Both the position numbers and the translations under genes were made by a program. A stretch of DNA of 64,000 nucleotides from assembly GCA_033977065.1 (NCBI GenBank), contig JAXCHI010000002.1, positions 224,001-288,000 on the forward strand, in the 5' to 3' direction. Shown here in pieces: positions 61,850 through 64,000 of the stretch. The stretch is from Candidatus Algichlamydia australiensis. Lineage in GTDB: Bacteria; Chlamydiota; Chlamydiia; Chlamydiales; JAJFMI01. Each line of letters begins with the position of its first letter. Position 1 is the stretch's first letter. The notes under the pieces are model-generated. The model saw nothing but the letters and a program-made list of their open reading frames with translations, searched no databases and was not told where the DNA came from.

Positions 61850-64000
61850 CTATGAGAGGATAGCAGAGAGGAGATTAATTTTTCAAATTTTGCAGCCTTC
61901 ATTCGACGCCCTTGGGAGCGACACAAAATAGCGAGTTGACGGTAGAGGGCAGGAGTTTTTTCAGGAAAGAGAAGAAGAATCTGCTTTTCTGGCTTCGGTT
62001 GAGCCAAGTAATTTAAAGCGTTGTCAATATTTTTTGATAAAACTTCCTGCTCCTCTAGCTTTGTGACATCGGTCACTAAAAGTTCTTTGAGTATGGTTAC
62101 TTTTCCAAGCCAGAAGGCGAGCTCGATCGCGTAACAAAGCTCTTCTGCTCTTTGAGAAGAGGTGATGCGTTCCATAAAGGGAAGAGGAGTAAGACTTTTT
62201 TTTGCGCTTTCAAAAAGAAGCTTTGTCTCTGGGCGAGGAAGAATCTCTGGGTACATGCGAAGAGCAAGTAGGAGAAATCCAAAAGTAACTTGCAGTGACT
62301 GCTTCGAAGACTCTAAAAGACGGAAGTGGATCTGGTCGTAGAGGTAGGAGCGTGAGGGGTGGCGGGGAAAACGGCGCAGGCCAAACTCTAAACATTTGAT
62401 CTCCTCCTCAAAATCTCCCTCTTTTTGGTAGGTAATGGATTTGCCTAAATACTCAAGAGGGGCGCCTTCTGTATTCGAAAATTGCTCAAAAAGGGCATTT
62501 GCCTCATCAAATTTCTTCTCTTTAATTGAACAGATACCTGCACGAAAAAGAGCTTCGCGGCCCTCTCTGCGTCCTTTGAATGAGGAGACAATTTTTAAAT
62601 ACTCTTTGCTCGCTTTATCATACTCTTTATTTGCCATAAAAGCATCAGGGATACTTAGGCAATTGACTTTTCGTGTTGAAGATCCAAGCGATGCTTCAAT
62701 CGTACCGATTTCAAAATCTGTCTCTCCGTATAAGAGTCCAATATGACTACCTACAAAAGGCCACCAGCTTTCGTATGAAAGGACTAACTTCCCATCAATA
62801 TAGAGATTGAAGAGGTGCTCCTCTTTTATGATTTCAATTTCGTGCGTCTTGTCCGCTTTTAGTGCTACATCGGGAACGTAGGCTACCTGGGTATCTGAGC
62901 AGCACAAGCTGCAGCCAGGATTTTTTTCAGAACCGATCCAGACCATAAGCCCTTTATGTAGACTCGAGCGCTCTTCAGATTGTGGGACGGAAAAGAGAAA
63001 TCCAAAACCCTGGGAGCTGTATCCAAGCTGAAGCTCTGTAGCGATGCGGTAATTCCCACAGAGTGGTTGTTTAGAAATCATCAATACAACCCACTGTGTT
63101 AAGTCTAGAGAGGGAGTAACAGCTTGCTGTTTTGTAAGGTGAATTGTCTCCTGAAATTTCCAGTCCTCAGGGTTTTCTAAATTAAGTTCTGCAATTTTCT
63201 GCCATTCAGGTTTTCCCTCAAGGTAATTCTCAATTGCCGCAATAATCTCCATTACACTTTTGGGACGCTCTTCTCGATTAGGAGACAAGCACGCTTTCGT
63301 CAATTTAGACAGGTTGGGGGGAATTTCTCGAAAGGGCGCGGCTTGAAAGAGGTCAATCCACCTCTCTTTGTCTAAATTTTTCCTTGCATGCTCGAGTGAG
63401 CTGCGCTTAAACGGAAGTTTTAATGTTAGCATCAGGTAGAGTGTTACACCAAGGGCGTAGATATCGGTCTGAATTGTTGAAGGATCTCCTAAGATGCGCT
63501 CTGGAGCCATATAGGTCACCGTTCCCACAACTTTTCCGGGACTTGTGAGTCCAGGTTCACCGGACAAATCGAGGGATTCGTCTTGCTGACCAATAGCAAG
63601 TGCCACCCCCCAGTCGATGATGCGCACCTCACCAAACTTTCCAATAATAATATTGCCCGGTTTGATATCTCGGTGTAAAAAACCTTTTGAATGAATGAAG
63701 TGGATTGCTTGGCAAACAGGGAGGAGAAGACGCATTAGGGCGGGAGTTGATTTTCCAACCTCCGGTCCGAGTTTGCCCTGTTTTTCTGCATTTCTCGCTT
63801 TGACTAAAATATCTTTCAAGCTCTCGCCTTCAATAAAGGGCATTGTATAGTAGAGATCTTCTCCTTCATCGTGAATTTCATAGACAGGAACAATTGAAGG
63901 GTGGGTTAAACTCGCAGCAATTTTTGCTTCGCGGAGGAAGCGCCTACAGAGGATTTTATGTCTTTTCAAGTCCGAGCGAATGCGCTTTAGCGCAATTTGC
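61846..64000 (-). CDS. pknD: Ser/Thr kinase PknD-like (5' end outside the window)
   Basis: IALKRIR at the window edge, HRDIKPGN, IIDWG, GTVTYMAPE, C-terminal TPR-like region; adjacent to valS as in chlamydiae. Confidence 0.88.
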   Translation of the reverse strand, partial: QIALKRIRSDLKRHKILCRRFLREAKIAASLTHPSIVPVYEIHDEGEDLYYTMPFIEGESLKDILVKARNAEKQGKLGPEVGKSTPALMRLLLPVCQAIHFIHSKGFLHRDIKPGNIIIGKFGEVRIIDWGVALAIGQQDESLDLSGEPGLTSPGKVVGTVTYMAPERILGDPSTIQTDIYALGVTLYLMLTLKLPFKRSSLEHARKNLDKERWIDLFQAAPFREIPPNLSKLTKACLSPNREERPKSVMEIIAAIENYLEGKPEWQKIAELNLENPEDWKFQETIHLTKQQAVTPSLDLTQWVVLMISKQPLCGNYRIATELQLGYSSQGFGFLFSVPQSEERSSLHKGLMVWIGSEKNPGCSLCCSDTQVAYVPDVALKADKTHEIEIIKEEHLFNLYIDGKLVLSYESWWPFVGSHIGLLYGETDFEIGTIEASLGSSTRKVNCLSIPDAFMANKEYDKASKEYLKIVSSFKGRREGREALFRAGICSIKEKKFDEANALFEQFSNTEGAPLEYLGKSITYQKEGDFEEEIKCLEFGLRRFPRHPSRSYLYDQIHFRLLESSKQSLQVTFGFLLLALRMYPEILPRPETKLLFESAKKSLTPLPFMERITSSQRAEELCYAIELAFWLGKVTILKELLVTDVTKLEEQEVLSKNIDNALNYLAQPKPEKQILLLFPEKTPALYRQLAILCRSQGRRMKAAKFEKLISSLLSSHR

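Noticed and set aside
25552..62746. Antisense and alternate-frame ORFs inside core genes
   Set aside because: Shadow ORFs of well-supported genes with no independent motifs.

Overview
A 64-kb window from a member of the phylum Chlamydiota, most likely an environmental (non-Chlamydiaceae) chlamydia. The assignment rests on gene order that I recognise from C. trachomatis: DUF1207/LOG-like/MYG1/HIT/HEAT (CT389-CT384-like); sufE-infA-trnT-tuf-trnW-secE-nusG-rplKAJL-rpoBC; tal; CT311-like; V-type ATPase E-C-A-B-D-I-K; CT303-like; valS; pknD. Bases 1 to ~12,800 form an accessory block off the 3' end of a tRNA(CAT) gene. It carries a secreted sulfotransferase-like gene, transketolase, an APH(9)-like kinase, a racemase, Ada, hydrolases, an ABC-F, two decayed genes and a second APH. 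The most striking unexplained signals are: (i) a modular family of non-autonomous hairpin elements that sit at YTAR/CTAG tetramers, often stop codons, and stack in tandem, with no transposase in the window; (ii) a promoter, an MKK* leader peptide and an anti-SD hairpin in front of the ABC-F gene; (iii) orphan effector-like genes, including an LRR protein with repeated IpaH/YopM-like caps and two proteins with shared upstream DNA and eukaryotic cell-cycle-like linear motifs; (iv) G-U-biased long hairpins next to the tRNA and between rplJ and rplL. All calls come from reading the sequence and the ORF track by eye. No database searches or folding programs were run.
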